The notes: generated by a model not told the origin, from the sequence alone. A DNA stretch of 64,000 bases from Candidatus Pseudoscillospira falkowii (GCA_904374485.1 CAJFFX010000001.1:7333-71332); one strand, 5' to 3'. Positions 1-9,613 are shown, counted from the first letter of the stretch. A program made the numbers and translations.

Positions 1-594
1 GCCCGGCGGGACCGGATCTGTGTGGACGGCCGGCCGCTGCGCCGGGCCGACGATGCGGTTTATGTGATGCTCCATAAGCCGCGGGGCTATGTGACCACCG
101 TCAGCGACGAGAAAGGGCGCAGGACGGTGATGGATCTCCTGCGGGAGATCCCCCAGCGGATCTGGCCGGTGGGGCGGCTGGATATGGATTCGGAAGGCCT
201 GCTGCTTTTGACGAATGATGGCAGCCTGACGGAGCGGCTCCTGCATCCCCGCCATGAGATCGAGAAGGTATACCACGTTTGGACGGAGGGCGATGTGCCC
301 ACGGCGCTGCCGCGGCTGCGGAGCATGACGGCACTGGAGGGGGAATCCATCCGCCCGCCCCGGGTGGACGTGCTGCAGAAAACGAAACGGGGCGCCGTTC
401 TGCGCGTCGTGATCCACGAGGGGAAAAACCGCCAGATCCGCAGGATGTGCGCCGCGGTGTCCCTGCGCGTCGCGCGGCTCAAGCGCGTCCAGGAGGGCGG
501 CGTCGCTCTGGGCACGCTGCCCCTGGGGGCCTGGCGGTATTTGACAGAGCAGGAGCTGGCCCTGCTTTCCGAAGAAGAAAAGAAGGATCCGTAA
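1..594 (+). CDS. rluB: rRNA pseudouridine synthase, RluB/RsuA family (5' partial)
   Basis: HKPRGYVTT, catalytic GRLDMDSEGLLLLTNDG, EGKNRQIRRM motifs; the frame is open from base 1. Confidence 0.9.
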   Translation, partial: ARRDRICVDGRPLRRADDAVYVMLHKPRGYVTTVSDEKGRRTVMDLLREIPQRIWPVGRLDMDSEGLLLLTNDGSLTERLLHPRHEIEKVYHVWTEGDVPTALPRLRSMTALEGESIRPPRVDVLQKTKRGAVLRVVIHEGKNRQIRRMCAAVSLRVARLKRVQEGGVALGTLPLGAWRYLTEQELALLSEEEKKDP

Positions 595-624
595 AGTTGC
601 TTTTGCAATTTTGCGGATTTCTTC

Positions 625-653
625 TTGCATTTTTGCAGGATTTCGGTTAAAAT
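625..653 (+). promoter_or_regulatory. sigma-A-type promoter for the rpiR-cmk-ispH operon
   Basis: TTGCAT (625-630), 17 bp, TAAAAT (648-653) in an AT-rich intergenic region. Confidence 0.6.
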
Positions 654-723
654 GAATTCAATTTTGAATGAGATGCTTCAGCCCGGCAAAGGCCGCGGCC
701 GGGGCGCGGCGAGGTGAGAAAAA

Positions 724-1593
724 ATGACGAGCGACGTGCTTTCCCTGATCCGGAAAAATATGGATACGTTTTCCAAGCGCCAGCGGGCGATCGCCAATTT
801 TATTATGGACAACTATGACAAGGCCGCCTTTATGACGGCCGGCCGCCTGGGCCGGGCCATCAATGTCAGCGAATCCACGGTGGTGCGCTTTGCGGCGGAG
901 TTGGGCTACGAAGGCTATCCGGAGATGCAGCGGGCCCTGCAGGAGGTGATCCGCAATAAGCTGACATCCATCCAGCGCATCGAGGTGACGAACGACCGCC
1001 TGGGCTCCGGCGACATTTTGTCGGCGGTGATGCAGAGCGACATCGAAAAGCTGCGCCTCTCCATGGACACGGTGGACCACGAACAGTTCCGCGCCGCAGT
1101 GGAGCAGATCGTCGCCGCCCGGCGCATCTATATCCTGGGACTGCGCTCCTCCACGGCCATCGCTGGCTTCCTCGGGTTTTATTTCAATCTTCTCTTTGAA
1201 AATGTGACGCTGGTACATACCACGTCGGTTAGTGAAATGTTTGAACAGGTCCTGCACATCGGTCCAGGGGATCTGATGATTGGCGTCAGCTTCCCGCGCT
1301 ATTCCAGCCGCACGGTGAAGATCATGCAGTTTGCCCGGGACCGGGGCGCGGATGTGTTGGCCATCACCGACAGCGAGGCCTCGCCTCTATGTCCGCTGGC
1401 CGGCACCTGCCTTCTGGCCAAGAGCGACATGGTCTCCTTTATCGATTCGCTGGTGGCGCCGCTGAGCCTTGTCAACGCGCTGATCGTGGCGGTGGGCCGC
1501 GAGCTGGGCAAGGATATCTCCGGAACGTTTACGGAGCTTGAAAAAATCTGGGCGGAATACGGGGTATACGAAAATGTCGGGCCGGTCGAATGA
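724..1593 (+). CDS. MurR/RpiR-family transcriptional regulator (HTH + SIS)
   Basis: HTH signature VSESTVVRFAAELGYEGYPE; SIS domain with GLRSS, SFPRYS, AITDSEASPL; GAGGTG RBS. Confidence 0.92.
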   Translation: MTSDVLSLIRKNMDTFSKRQRAIANFIMDNYDKAAFMTAGRLGRAINVSESTVVRFAAELGYEGYPEMQRALQEVIRNKLTSIQRIEVTNDRLGSGDILSAVMQSDIEKLRLSMDTVDHEQFRAAVEQIVAARRIYILGLRSSTAIAGFLGFYFNLLFENVTLVHTTSVSEMFEQVLHIGPGDLMIGVSFPRYSSRTVKIMQFARDRGADVLAITDSEASPLCPLAGTCLLAKSDMVSFIDSLVAPLSLVNALIVAVGRELGKDISGTFTELEKIWAEYGVYENVGPVE

Positions 1594-2845
1594 GCTTGTG
1601 GTGATCGGCGGCGGCGCCGCCGGGATGATGGCGGCCATCACCGCTGCCCAGGAGGGCGCCGCTGTTACCTTGCTGGAACGCAATGAAAAGCTGGGCAGAA
1701 AGCTGAACATCACGGGGAAGGGCCGCTGTAACCTGACCAACAACTGCTCCGCTCAGGAGGCGCTGGCCAATGTGCCGCGCAACGGCCGCTTTTTATACAG
1801 CGCCTTTTCCCGGTTCGACAGCCGCGCGGCCATGGCGTTTTTTGAGCAGCGCGGCCTGTCGCTAAAAACCGAGCGGGGCAGCCGGGTCTTCCCGGTGTCC
1901 GACAGCGCGTTCGACGTGACGGACACCCTGCGCCGCAGCCTGCACCGTCTTCATGTGAAAATCATCCACGACCGGGCGGCGCACCTTTTGCGGGATGAAA
2001 GCGGCGCACTTTGCGGCGTGGAGGGGGAGAAGAGGACCTATCCCTGCCGCTGCGTCATCCTGGCCACCGGCGGCGTGTCCTATCCGGCCACCGGCTCCAC
2101 CGGCGACGGCTACCGGATCGCCGCGGAAGCGGGCCACACGATCGTCGCGCCGAAGGCTTCCTTGGTCTCCCTGGTGTGCGCTGACGCGTGCTGTGGCGCG
2201 ATGCAGGGCCTTTCCCTGCGCAATGTGGCCCTGACCGTCAAGGATCAGAAGAAAAAGACGATCTACCGCGACTTCGGAGAAATGCTTTTTACCGACCGGG
2301 GCGTGTCCGGGCCGATGATCCTGTCGGCCAGCGCCCATCTGCGGGATTATGAAAAGAACCGTTACGAGCTTATCATCGATCTGAAGCCGGCGCTGGACGA
2401 ACAGCAGCTGGAAGCGCGCCTTCTGCGGGACCTGGAGGCCCGGCACAACCGCGATTTCAGCAATGTCCTGGCGGGGCTCGTCCCTCACAGCATGATCCCC
2501 GTGCTCATCGGCCGCACGGAGATCCCCGGCGGCACCAAAGCCAACGCCGTCACCCGGGCGCAGCGCCGCCGGCTGCTGGAAACGCTCAAGCAGTTCCGGC
2601 TCTCCGTCGTCAGCGCCGGCCCTATCGAGCAGGCGATCGTCACCTCCGGCGGCGTCAGCACGAAGGAGATCGACCCGGCCACCATGGCGTCCAAAAAACT
2701 GCCGGGGCTGTATTTTGCCGGCGAGATCATCGATGTGGACGCCTATACCGGCGGATTCAACCTGCAGATCGCCTGGTCCACGGGCCGGGCGGCGGGGCAG
2801 GCCGCAGCCCAATACGATGTTACAGAAAGAAGAGGACCGCTATGA
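1574..2845 (+). CDS. HI0933/BaiN-family NAD(P)/FAD-dependent oxidoreductase
   Basis: VIGGGAAGMMAA, GRKLNITGKGRCNLTN, ATGGVSYPATGSTGDGY, GEIIDVDAYTGGFNLQ; ATG 1574 chosen as start. Confidence 0.92.
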   Translation: MSGRSNELVVIGGGAAGMMAAITAAQEGAAVTLLERNEKLGRKLNITGKGRCNLTNNCSAQEALANVPRNGRFLYSAFSRFDSRAAMAFFEQRGLSLKTERGSRVFPVSDSAFDVTDTLRRSLHRLHVKIIHDRAAHLLRDESGALCGVEGEKRTYPCRCVILATGGVSYPATGSTGDGYRIAAEAGHTIVAPKASLVSLVCADACCGAMQGLSLRNVALTVKDQKKKTIYRDFGEMLFTDRGVSGPMILSASAHLRDYEKNRYELIIDLKPALDEQQLEARLLRDLEARHNRDFSNVLAGLVPHSMIPVLIGRTEIPGGTKANAVTRAQRRRLLETLKQFRLSVVSAGPIEQAIVTSGGVSTKEIDPATMASKKLPGLYFAGEIIDVDAYTGGFNLQIAWSTGRAAGQAAAQYDVTERRGPL

Positions 2846-3531
2846 AAAAACAACTGCATGCCGTCGCGATCGACGGACCGTCCGGCGCCGGGAAAAGCAC
2901 CCTGGCCCGGGCAGCTGCCGCGCGGCTGCACTTTTTATATGTCGATACGGGGGCGATCTACCGCTCCATCGGCTGGTATGCGCTGCAGAAGGGCATTTCC
3001 CTGGAGCGGCCGGAAGAGATCGAGAAGCTGCTGCCCGGCCTGAAAATCGCCGTTTCTTACGGTGAAGACGGCCTGCAGCACATGCTGGTCAACGGCGAGG
3101 ATGTGACGGACCGGATCCGTCTGCCGGAGGTGTCGGCGGCGGCGTCGAAAGTGGCGGCGGTGGGCGCGGTGCGCAGTTATCTTCTGGAAATGCAGCGCCA
3201 GCTGGCCCGGGAGCACGACGTGATCATGGACGGCCGGGATATCGGCACGGTGGTGCTGCCCGACGCGGACTGCAAGATCTTCCTGACGGCTTCGGCCGAG
3301 GTGCGCGCCCGGCGGCGCTGCACGGAGCTGGAACAGCGGGGAACGCCCCAGACCTATGAAACAGTGCTGGCGGATATGCGCCGGCGGGACGAACAGGACT
3401 GCAGCCGGGCGGTGGCGCCGCTGAAGCAGGCGGAGGACGCGGTGCTGCTGGATACGTCGGAATTGGACTTTGCCCACAGCGTCGAGGCGCTGGTGGGACT
3501 GATTGAGGAGAACATCGCCCATGAAACGTAA
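2842..3531 (+). CDS. cmk: cytidylate kinase
   Basis: AIDGPSGAGKST, YVDTGAIYR, MDGRDIGTVVLPDA. Confidence 0.97.
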   Translation: MKKQLHAVAIDGPSGAGKSTLARAAAARLHFLYVDTGAIYRSIGWYALQKGISLERPEEIEKLLPGLKIAVSYGEDGLQHMLVNGEDVTDRIRLPEVSAAASKVAAVGAVRSYLLEMQRQLAREHDVIMDGRDIGTVVLPDADCKIFLTASAEVRARRRCTELEQRGTPQTYETVLADMRRRDEQDCSRAVAPLKQAEDAVLLDTSELDFAHSVEALVGLIEENIAHET

Positions 3532-4117
3532 TCGATTTTATTCTTTCGCCTATCTCGTTTTGTGGCCGGTCATTCACCTGCTGTTCCGCCCGGTCGTGCG
3601 GGGAAGAGAACGCGTGCCGGCAGGCAGCGCGGTTTTCTGCTGCAACCATTCCAGCAACTGGGACCCCCTGGTGATCATGATCACGATCGGCTACAGCCAT
3701 CAGTTGTACGCCCTGGCCAAGGCGGAGCTTTCCCGGGTGCCTCTGGTGGGCTGGATCCTGAAACAGGCGGGCATGATCTTTGTGGAGCGGGGCAAGGCGG
3801 ATATCGGCGCGGTGAAGGCGGCCATGAAATATCTCAAGAACGGGCAGCAGATCCTGATCTTCCCGGAGGGCACCCGCGTTTCCGAGGAGGAATCCGCCGC
3901 GGCCAAGGGCGGCGTTTCTATGCTCTCCGTGCGGACCGCATCGCCCATTGTCCCCATTTATCTCGACAGCGAAAAGCACCTGTTCCGCCGCGTTCACATC
4001 GTATTCGGGGAACCCTATGTTCCCACTGTGGCCGGGCGCAAGGGGACGGCAGAGGAATATCAGAACATCGCTGATGAAGCCCTGCGCCGCATTTACCGAT
4101 TGAAAGAGGAGATCTGA
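3521..4117 (+). CDS. plsC: 1-acyl-sn-glycerol-3-phosphate acyltransferase
   Basis: NHSSNWD (HX4D) and IFPEGTR motifs; GAGGAG RBS before ATG 3521. Confidence 0.9.
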   Translation: MKRNRFYSFAYLVLWPVIHLLFRPVVRGRERVPAGSAVFCCNHSSNWDPLVIMITIGYSHQLYALAKAELSRVPLVGWILKQAGMIFVERGKADIGAVKAAMKYLKNGQQILIFPEGTRVSEEESAAAKGGVSMLSVRTASPIVPIYLDSEKHLFRRVHIVFGEPYVPTVAGRKGTAEEYQNIADEALRRIYRLKEEI

Positions 4118-6087
4118 TGAAAGAAGTTCTGCTGGCTAAAAGCGCCGGCTTCTGCTATGGCGTGCAGCGGGCGGTCCGCCTGGCGGAGGAGGCCGCAGCG
4201 GACTGCGGCCCCTGCGTGATGCTGGGCTCGATCATTCACAACGCCCACGTGGTGGAGGATCTGGCGAGACACGGTGTCCGCCGGGTGAACGCGCCGGAGG
4301 AACTGCACGGCGGCGAGACGGTCATCATCCGTTCCCACGGGGAATCCCGGGCCATTCTGGAACAGCTGGCGGAAAAGCGCGCCCATATCATCAATTCCAC
4401 CTGTCCCCGGGTGCTGAAGATCCAGCAGCTGGTGCAGGAGGCAGAGCGGGAGGGCCGGCGGCCGCTGATCATCGGTGAGCCGAACCACCCGGAGGTGCTG
4501 GGCGTTGCCGGCTGGTGCGCGCATCCCTTAATTTTCCAGGATGCGGAAGCGATCCGCGCATGGCTGCAGGCGGCTCCGGAGCACGCAGAAATGCCTCTTA
4601 CCGTGGTTTCTCAGACAACTTGCACACAAAAGCTCTTTGAAATTTGTACGGAAATTCTAAAAAAAGAGTGTACAAACGTAAAAATTTTTGATACAATATG
4701 TGATGCGACCTATAAGCGCCAGTCGGAAGCGGCGGAAATCGCCGCCAGGGCTGACGCTATGATTGTGGTCGGCGACCGTCAAAGTGCCAATACCCGACAT
4801 CTCACGGAGATCTGCACGGGACTGTGCCCGGTGGTTTTCCAGATCGAATGGGCGGACGAGCTCCCCCTGGACGACCTGAAGAGCTGCGATGTAGTTGGGT
4901 TGACGGCCGGCGCATCCACACCGTCGCGCATCATAAAGGAGGTCTATAGGACAATGAGTGAAGAAACGATCGTAACTGGAGGCGCCGAGGATTTTGAAAA
5001 AATGCTCGAGGAGTCCTTCAAAACTTTAAATACAGGAGATAAGGTAACCGGTGTCGTCACAGCCATCACGCCCACCGAGATCCAGGTCGACCTGGGCACC
5101 AAGCAGGCTGGTTATATCCCGCTGTCCGAACTGAGCGACGATCCTTCCGTCAAGGCGGAAGACGTTGTCAAGGTCGGCGACGAGATCGAGACCTATGTGG
5201 TCCGCGTCAACGACGTGGAAGGTTATGCGACCCTGTCCAAGAAGCGCCTGGACACCGTGAAGATGTGGGAATCCATCGAAACGGCCAAGGAAGAGAAGAC
5301 CACCCTCGAGGGCGTCGTCACCGAGGAGAACAAGGGCGGCATCGTTGTTTCCGTCAAGGGTATCCGCGTGTTCGTTCCCGCTTCCCAGAGCGGCATGCCC
5401 AGAAATTCCGACCTGAGCGAAATGATCAAACAGAAGGTCCAGCTGCGCATCACCGAGGTCAACCGTGCCCGCCGCCGCGTGGTGGGCTCCATCCGCGCCG
5501 TCCAGTACGAGGCGCGCCAGGCTGCTGCCGAAGCCATCTGGGCTGACATCGAGGAAGGCAAGAAGTATACCGGCACCGTGAAGTCCCTGACTTCCTACGG
5601 CGCATTTGTGGACATCGGCGGTGTGGACGGCATGGTACATATCTCCGAGCTGTCCTGGAGCCGCATCAAGCATCCCTCCGAAGTGGTTTCTGTCGGCGAC
5701 CAGGTCGAGGTCTATGTCATTTCCTTCGATAAGGAAAAGCGCAAGATCTCTCTGGGCCTGAAGGACCGCAGCGTGGATCCCTGGGATAAGTTCGTCTCCA
5801 CCTATCATGTGGGCGACGTGGCTTCCGTCAAGGTCGTGAAGCTGATGACCTTTGGCGCTTTCGCTGAGGTCGTCCCCGGTGTGGACGGTCTGATCCACAT
5901 TTCCCAGATCGCTGACCGCCGCATCGAAAAGCCCTCCGACGTTCTGTCCGAAGGCCAGGTAGTGGACGCCAAGATCATCGCCATCGACGAGGAGAACAAG
6001 AAGATCTCCCTGAGCATCCGCGCCCTGCTGCAGGAGGAGCCCGAGGAGACCGAGGAAGAGGCCGAGGAGGCCCCTGTCGAGGAATGA
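4117..6087 (+). CDS. ispH: fused 4-hydroxy-3-methylbut-2-enyl diphosphate reductase (IspH) / ribosomal protein S1
   Basis: IspH Fe-S cysteines in GFCYGV, NSTCPRV, TICDAT plus TAGASTP; C-terminal half has four S1 repeats (YGAFVDIGGVDGMVHISELSW, FGAFAEVVPGVDGLIHISQI). Confidence 0.97.
   Translation: MKEVLLAKSAGFCYGVQRAVRLAEEAAADCGPCVMLGSIIHNAHVVEDLARHGVRRVNAPEELHGGETVIIRSHGESRAILEQLAEKRAHIINSTCPRVLKIQQLVQEAEREGRRPLIIGEPNHPEVLGVAGWCAHPLIFQDAEAIRAWLQAAPEHAEMPLTVVSQTTCTQKLFEICTEILKKECTNVKIFDTICDATYKRQSEAAEIAARADAMIVVGDRQSANTRHLTEICTGLCPVVFQIEWADELPLDDLKSCDVVGLTAGASTPSRIIKEVYRTMSEETIVTGGAEDFEKMLEESFKTLNTGDKVTGVVTAITPTEIQVDLGTKQAGYIPLSELSDDPSVKAEDVVKVGDEIETYVVRVNDVEGYATLSKKRLDTVKMWESIETAKEEKTTLEGVVTEENKGGIVVSVKGIRVFVPASQSGMPRNSDLSEMIKQKVQLRITEVNRARRRVVGSIRAVQYEARQAAAEAIWADIEEGKKYTGTVKSLTSYGAFVDIGGVDGMVHISELSWSRIKHPSEVVSVGDQVEVYVISFDKEKRKISLGLKDRSVDPWDKFVSTYHVGDVASVKVVKLMTFGAFAEVVPGVDGLIHISQIADRRIEKPSDVLSEGQVVDAKIIAIDEENKKISLSIRALLQEEPEETEEEAEEAPVEE
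4669..4697 (+). promoter_or_regulatory. putative internal sigma-A promoter within the ispH coding sequence
   Basis: TGTACA (4669-4674), 17 bp, TG-a-TACAAT (extended -10; TACAAT 4692-4697) in an AT-rich patch of a GC-rich gene. Confidence 0.45.
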
Positions 6088-6105
6088 TCGGCAAATAAAA
6101 CAGAT

Positions 6106-6150
6106 AAACGCCCCGCTTCAGCGTGCGCTGAAGCGGGGCGTTTTCCCTTT
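6106..6150 (+). terminator. intrinsic terminator after ispH-rpsA
   Basis: AAACGCCCCGCTTCAGCG-tg-CGCTGAAGCGGGGCGTTT followed by T-rich sequence. Confidence 0.88.
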
Positions 6151-6215
6151 TGTGCAAAAAATGGGCGATAATGTTTAGAAAATACAAAAAAATCCCAGGA
6201 TAATACAGGAATCTC

Positions 6216-6243
6216 TTGCAAAAAATTTGAGATGACGTATAAT
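6216..6243 (+). promoter_or_regulatory. sigma-A promoter for carD-ispD-ispF
   Basis: TTGCAA (6216-6221), 16 bp, TATAAT (6238-6243). Confidence 0.7.
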
Positions 6244-6308
6244 AAAACTATCAAGGATCGTATGGAGGAGTTTTTGGTTTTGCGCTGAAAGAAATATGAG
6301 GTGACAAC

Positions 6309-6794
6309 ATGTTCAGCATCGGTGATAAGATCGTGCATCCTATGCATGGGGCCGGTATTATCGAAAGCATCGTGGCGGAAAAGATCGACGGTACATACCA
6401 CGATTATTATGTGTTCAAAATGCCGATGAACGGCCTGGTTCTGAAAATACCGACCAATAATGCCGATGCCATCGGGATCCGGCCGATCGACAGCCCCGAG
6501 CAGATCGAAGCGGTCTTTTGCATGCTGCCTCAATTGTCCTCTGATATGAGCAATAACTGGAACCGGCGCTATCGGGAGAATCTGGCCCATCTGAAAAGCG
6601 GCGATCTGCTGGAAGTGGCGTCGGTCATCAAGGGTCTGATGCACCGCGACAGCCTGCGCGGCCTCTCCACGGGCGAGCGGAAAATGCTGTACATCGCCAA
6701 GCAGATCCTCATTTCCGAGGTCAGCCTGGCAGAAGACACGGATTATGGCGCTGTCGAACAGCGGATCAACGACGCTGTGAAGGCATCGGAATAA
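6309..6794 (+). CDS. carD: CarD-family transcriptional regulator
   Basis: MFSIGDKIVHPMHGAGII, NWNRRYRENL, LSTGERKM; typical position upstream of ispDF. Confidence 0.93.
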   Translation: MFSIGDKIVHPMHGAGIIESIVAEKIDGTYHDYYVFKMPMNGLVLKIPTNNADAIGIRPIDSPEQIEAVFCMLPQLSSDMSNNWNRRYRENLAHLKSGDLLEVASVIKGLMHRDSLRGLSTGERKMLYIAKQILISEVSLAEDTDYGAVEQRINDAVKASE

Positions 6795-6815
6795 GGAAAG
6801 GGTAAACTGACAGTC

Positions 6816-7550
6816 ATGGGATTGCTATCAAAAATTTTCGGCGGCCAAAAAGCGCCGCATCCCCGCTGCTCTGCGCTGGTCCCCGCGGCCGGCGCTTCTT
6901 CTCGCATGGGCGGGCAGGATAAGCTGTTCTGCTATCTGAACGGCGTTCCTGTCCTGGCGCTGACGCTGCAGGCGCTGGACCGCTGCGAGCTGATCGACGA
7001 GATCGTGATCGCCGCGCGGCAGGAGAGCATTCTGAAAATCGGCGACCTCTGCCGGGACTACGCCATTGAAAAGTCGGTCAAAATCGTGGAGGGAGGCGCC
7101 AATCGGGTGCAGAGCGTGATGAACGCCGCCCTGAGCGCCGCGCCGGACGCCGCCTTTCTGGCGGTCCACGACGGCGCGCGCCCTCTGGCCCGGCCGGAGG
7201 AAATGGCAGAGGTGATCCGCTGTGCGTACCGCGCCGGCGCGGCTGCGCCGGCCACGCCGGTGAAGGACACCATCAAGGTCGCCTCCGGCGGCGTGGTGGA
7301 GAAAACGCTGGAGCGCAGCAGCCTCTACGCGGTGCAGACGCCCCAGGTGTTCGACGCCGGCCTTTTGAAAGGCGCTCTGCAGGCCGCGCTGGATGGCGGG
7401 ATCGATGTGACGGACGACTGCGGCGCGGTGGAGCGGCTGGGCAAAAAGGTGTATCTGGTGGAAGGTTCCTATGAAAACATCAAGATCACCACGCCCATCG
7501 ACCTGGCGCTGGCGGAAAAAATCCTGGATCTGCGAGGAGGGATCACGTGA
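6816..7550 (+). CDS. ispD: 2-C-methyl-D-erythritol 4-phosphate cytidylyltransferase
   Basis: [40 protein letters not shown]. Confidence 0.96.
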   Translation: MGLLSKIFGGQKAPHPRCSALVPAAGASSRMGGQDKLFCYLNGVPVLALTLQALDRCELIDEIVIAARQESILKIGDLCRDYAIEKSVKIVEGGANRVQSVMNAALSAAPDAAFLAVHDGARPLARPEEMAEVIRCAYRAGAAAPATPVKDTIKVASGGVVEKTLERSSLYAVQTPQVFDAGLLKGALQAALDGGIDVTDDCGAVERLGKKVYLVEGSYENIKITTPIDLALAEKILDLRGGIT

Positions 7551-8029
7551 TGCAGTGGAGGATCGGCCACGGATACGACGTACACCGCCTGACAGAGGGG
7601 CGGCCCCTGATCCTGGGCGGTGTGGAGATCCCCTATGAAAAGGGGCTTTTGGGCCATTCGGATGCGGACGTGCTGCTGCACGCCGTGATGGACGCCCTGC
7701 TGGGGGCCGCGGCGCTGGGCGACATTGGCCACCTGTTCCCGGACAATGACGACGCCTATCTGAATATTTCCAGCATGGTCCTGCTGGAGCAGACGGCCCG
7801 GCGCCTGCGCGGCGCCGGCTATGCGCCCGGCAATATCGACGCCACCGTGGTGGCTCAGCGGCCGAAGATCGCGCCGTATATTCCGCAGATGCGGGAAAAC
7901 ATCGCCCGGGTGCTGCAGATCCCGACGGATCAGGTGAACGTCAAAGGCACGACGGAGGAAAAGCTGGGCTTTACCGGAGACGGCTCCGGGATCGCCGCCC
8001 ACGCGGTTTGTCTCATCGAAAAAATCTAA
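7547..8029 (+). CDS. ispF: 2-C-methyl-D-erythritol 2,4-cyclodiphosphate synthase
   Basis: [41 protein letters not shown]. Confidence 0.97.
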   Translation: MMQWRIGHGYDVHRLTEGRPLILGGVEIPYEKGLLGHSDADVLLHAVMDALLGAAALGDIGHLFPDNDDAYLNISSMVLLEQTARRLRGAGYAPGNIDATVVAQRPKIAPYIPQMRENIARVLQIPTDQVNVKGTTEEKLGFTGDGSGIAAHAVCLIEKI

Positions 8030-8031
8030 AC

Positions 8032-8089
8032 GCGCAAAAACCGTCGGATCCTGTGCATTTCGGCACGGAGATCCGGCGTTTTTTCGCGC
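8032..8089 (+). terminator. probable intrinsic terminator after ispF
   Basis: Imperfect long hairpin CGTCGGATC-CTGTGC...GCACGG-A-GATCCGGCG followed by TTTTTT. Confidence 0.6.
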
Positions 8090-8177
8090 CGGAACGCCTG
8101 CGGACGCCTGCGCCGCAGCGCGGCGCGATGCACGGAGCCTCCGCCGCAGCGCATACCATGGTGCGGGAGGCGATTCC

Positions 8178-8438
8178 ATGAACGAATATTTGATCATCTG
8201 CCGCTCCATCACCCACGCCCAGCGGACGGCCCGCGTCCTGCAGCGCGCGGGTATTTCGCACCAGGTGTTCCGCGTGCCTGCGGGGCTGGGCGTCGGCGGC
8301 TGCGGCTACGCCGTCAGGCTCCGGGAAAAGGATCTCCGCTGGACGCTGCAGCTCCTGCGGAGGGAGGACGTTCCGCTGCGGGGCCTGCTCGTCCGGACGG
8401 AAAACGGCTATCGCGAGGTATCCTATGATCTATCTTGA
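8178..8438 (+). CDS. DUF3343-family small protein
   Basis: SITHAQR...RVPAGLGVGGCGYAVR pattern; GGAGG RBS; overlaps the cysteine desulfurase start. Confidence 0.7.
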   Translation: MNEYLIICRSITHAQRTARVLQRAGISHQVFRVPAGLGVGGCGYAVRLREKDLRWTLQLLRREDVPLRGLLVRTENGYREVSYDLS

Positions 8439-9558
8439 TGCGGCGGCGACGACCTTTCAGAAACCGCCGGAGGTCGGCGGGGCGGTAGAGCGGGCGCTGC
8501 GCACCATGACGACGCCCGGGCGGGGCGGCTACCAGGCGGCGGAACGGGCGTCGGAAACGGTGTTCCGCTGCCGCAGCGAAGCGGCGGCTCTGTTCGGCGT
8601 GCCGTCGGAGGAGCAGGTGGTTTTCACATCCAGCGCGACCCACGGGCTGAATATTGCAATCAAAAGCCTGGTGCGTCCCGGCGACAGGGTGCTGGTGTCC
8701 GGCTATGAGCACAACGCGGTGACGCGCCCGCTCTACGGCATGCAGGGCGTCCAGGTGCAGGTGGCGTCCGGGCCGCTGTTTGACCGGGCAGCGCTGCTGG
8801 AGCAGTTTTACCGGCAGCTGCGCCGGGGCGTGAAAGCGGTGGTCTGCACCCATGTATCCAATGTATTCGGCATGGTCCTGCCCATCGACGAGATCGCGGC
8901 GCTGTGCCGGGAGCGGGAAACGCCGCTGATCGTGGATGCATCCCAGTCGGCCGGTATCCTGCCGGTGGATTTGCGGGCCTGGGGCGCCGCTTTTGTCGCC
9001 ATGCCAGGCCACAAGGGGCTGTACGGGCCCCAGGGCACAGGGCTTCTGCTGTGCGGTACGGCGGAGACCGCGCCGCTGATTGAAGGCGGCACTGGCAGCA
9101 TGTCGCTGCTGAAGACCATGCCGTCGGACCTGCCGGACCGGCTGGAAGCCGGGACGCAGAATATCCCCGGCATCGCCGGCCTGCTGGAGGGACTGCGGTT
9201 TGTCCGGCGCATCGGCCCGGCGGCAATCGCCCGCCATGAGCGGGACCTGATCCGGCGTGCGGCGGAAGGGCTGCGGGCGCTCCAGGAAGCCCAGGTTTTT
9301 GAGGGAGAAACGGAAGAACGGAGCGGCGTGCTCTCGTTCCGCCTGCGCGGCAGGGACTGCGAAGGGGCGGCGGCGTGGTTCGCCGGTCGGGACATTGCCC
9401 TGCGCGCGGGCTATCACTGTGCGCCCCTGGCGCACAAAACGGCGGGCACCCTGGATACCGGCACGATCCGACTCAGCGTTTCGGCCTTCAACACCCGCTG
9501 TGAGATCGCGGACTTTTTGCAGGCAGCGGCCGACCTGACGGCCGGAAAAAATCCGTAG
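8425..9558 (+). CDS. cysteine desulfurase-family PLP enzyme (aminotransferase class V)
   Basis: IYLDAAATT, DASQSAG, PGHKGLYGPQG (PLP Lys), RAGYHCAPLAH (catalytic Cys). Confidence 0.9.
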   Translation: MIYLDAAATTFQKPPEVGGAVERALRTMTTPGRGGYQAAERASETVFRCRSEAAALFGVPSEEQVVFTSSATHGLNIAIKSLVRPGDRVLVSGYEHNAVTRPLYGMQGVQVQVASGPLFDRAALLEQFYRQLRRGVKAVVCTHVSNVFGMVLPIDEIAALCRERETPLIVDASQSAGILPVDLRAWGAAFVAMPGHKGLYGPQGTGLLLCGTAETAPLIEGGTGSMSLLKTMPSDLPDRLEAGTQNIPGIAGLLEGLRFVRRIGPAAIARHERDLIRRAAEGLRALQEAQVFEGETEERSGVLSFRLRGRDCEGAAAWFAGRDIALRAGYHCAPLAHKTAGTLDTGTIRLSVSAFNTRCEIADFLQAAADLTAGKNP

Positions 9559-9584
9559 GAATCCGATTTCTCCACCGGTTTTCG

Positions 9585-9613
9585 TTGCAATTGCCGATGG
9601 AATACTGTATAAT
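9585..9613 (+). promoter_or_regulatory. sigma-A promoter for the cdaA operon
   Basis: TTGCAA (9585-9590), 17 bp, TATAAT (9608-9613). Confidence 0.75.

Noticed and set aside
8090-8155. Short GC-rich direct repeats (ACGCCTGCG x2, CGCCGCAGCGC x2) as CRISPR or REP elements
   Set aside because: Only two short copies each, no regular spacers and no cas genes.
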